Positions 60,785-64,000 of a stretch of 64,000 nt of DNA are shown here, piece by piece (positions within the stretch are counted from its first letter, which is position 1; every line of letters begins with the position of its first letter). This DNA comes from Trichosphaerium sp. ATCC 40318. Its lineage: Eukaryota > Protista > Tubulinea. Both the position numbers and the translations under genes were made by a program. The notes beneath the pieces were generated by a model that was not told where the DNA came from, ran no database searches, and worked only from the letters and a program-made list of their open reading frames with translations. The DNA lies in contig JALMLS010000070.1 in assembly GCA_038496445.1 (NCBI GenBank), forward strand, positions 62,001 to 126,000, in the 5' to 3' direction.

Positions 60785-60845
60785 CCTTAGCTCAGTTGGT
60801 TGAGCGGGAAGCTCTTAACTGTAGGGTTACGGGATCTAGACGGAT
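60785..60845 (+). pseudogene. Second degenerate tRNA-Lys-derived sequence
   Basis: tagctcagttggttgagcg..gctcttaac..gggatctaga is present, but the stems are broken. Confidence 0.65.
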
Positions 60846-60993
60846 ACATGCACGCGAACATTCCGAAAAACAAAAACGATATCACGTGATAGTGACATTT
60901 AGTATGTAAAGGAACTGATAAAACTGATTTTATTGCTGCTTTTGTATTGATATCTGCAATAAATAAAAAAAGACGTGGTGTCGATTATATTGT

Positions 60994-63838
<2,845 letters not shown>

Positions 63839-64000
63839 TGTGAATAAACAACAAGGACAGATTTGGGCGACAAAAACTTTTTACATTTTTCGTATTTGAG
63901 CACGAAACCCAACAAAGTTTTATTGCGTTAATACCACATTTGGTGTCGTGTTTGGACGACAGCAATAATACAGCCGTTACAATTGTGAAACAATTATGGA

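Larger units (their letters stand above)
362..60888. repeat. Dispersed, highly iterated palindrome CACGTG (at least 54 copies)
   Basis: Manual scan; examples are 362, 2090, 5214, 9533, 15333, 24321, 26103, 39455, 42016, 49854, 52035, 57595 and 60883. Confidence 0.85.

Overview
This is an AT-rich, gene-dense eukaryotic nuclear window with many short spliceosomal introns (donors often GTACG/GTAAG, branch CTAAC-like) and the standard genetic code. The gene content (vinculin-like, filamin-repeat, RhoGAP, Ran, DCC1, two alkyl-DHAP synthase-family genes, PA-domain 7TM proteins) suggests an amoeboid protist, probably Amoebozoa; that assignment is inference. Between the intron-rich housekeeping genes lies a mostly intronless, fast-turnover set of ubiquitin-pathway genes. 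It includes F-box-like + MORN_2/YwqK-type repeat genes (intact, truncated and pseudogene copies whose variation clusters at fixed repeat positions), an F-box-LRR with an in-frame TAA, an F-box-Cys-rich ORF and a Josephin-like ORF. An intron-containing gene appears to encode a CUE-like + HEPN (RNxxxH) + ubiquitin-like protein. Two sequence-level oddities stand out. CACGTG occurs at least 54 times (manual count) against roughly 6 expected, and at least 7 introns are GC-AG, mostly with GCACG donors. One tRNA-Lys(CTT) has A54/A60 and two degenerate copies. Multi-exon coordinates were reconstructed by eye and are approximate.
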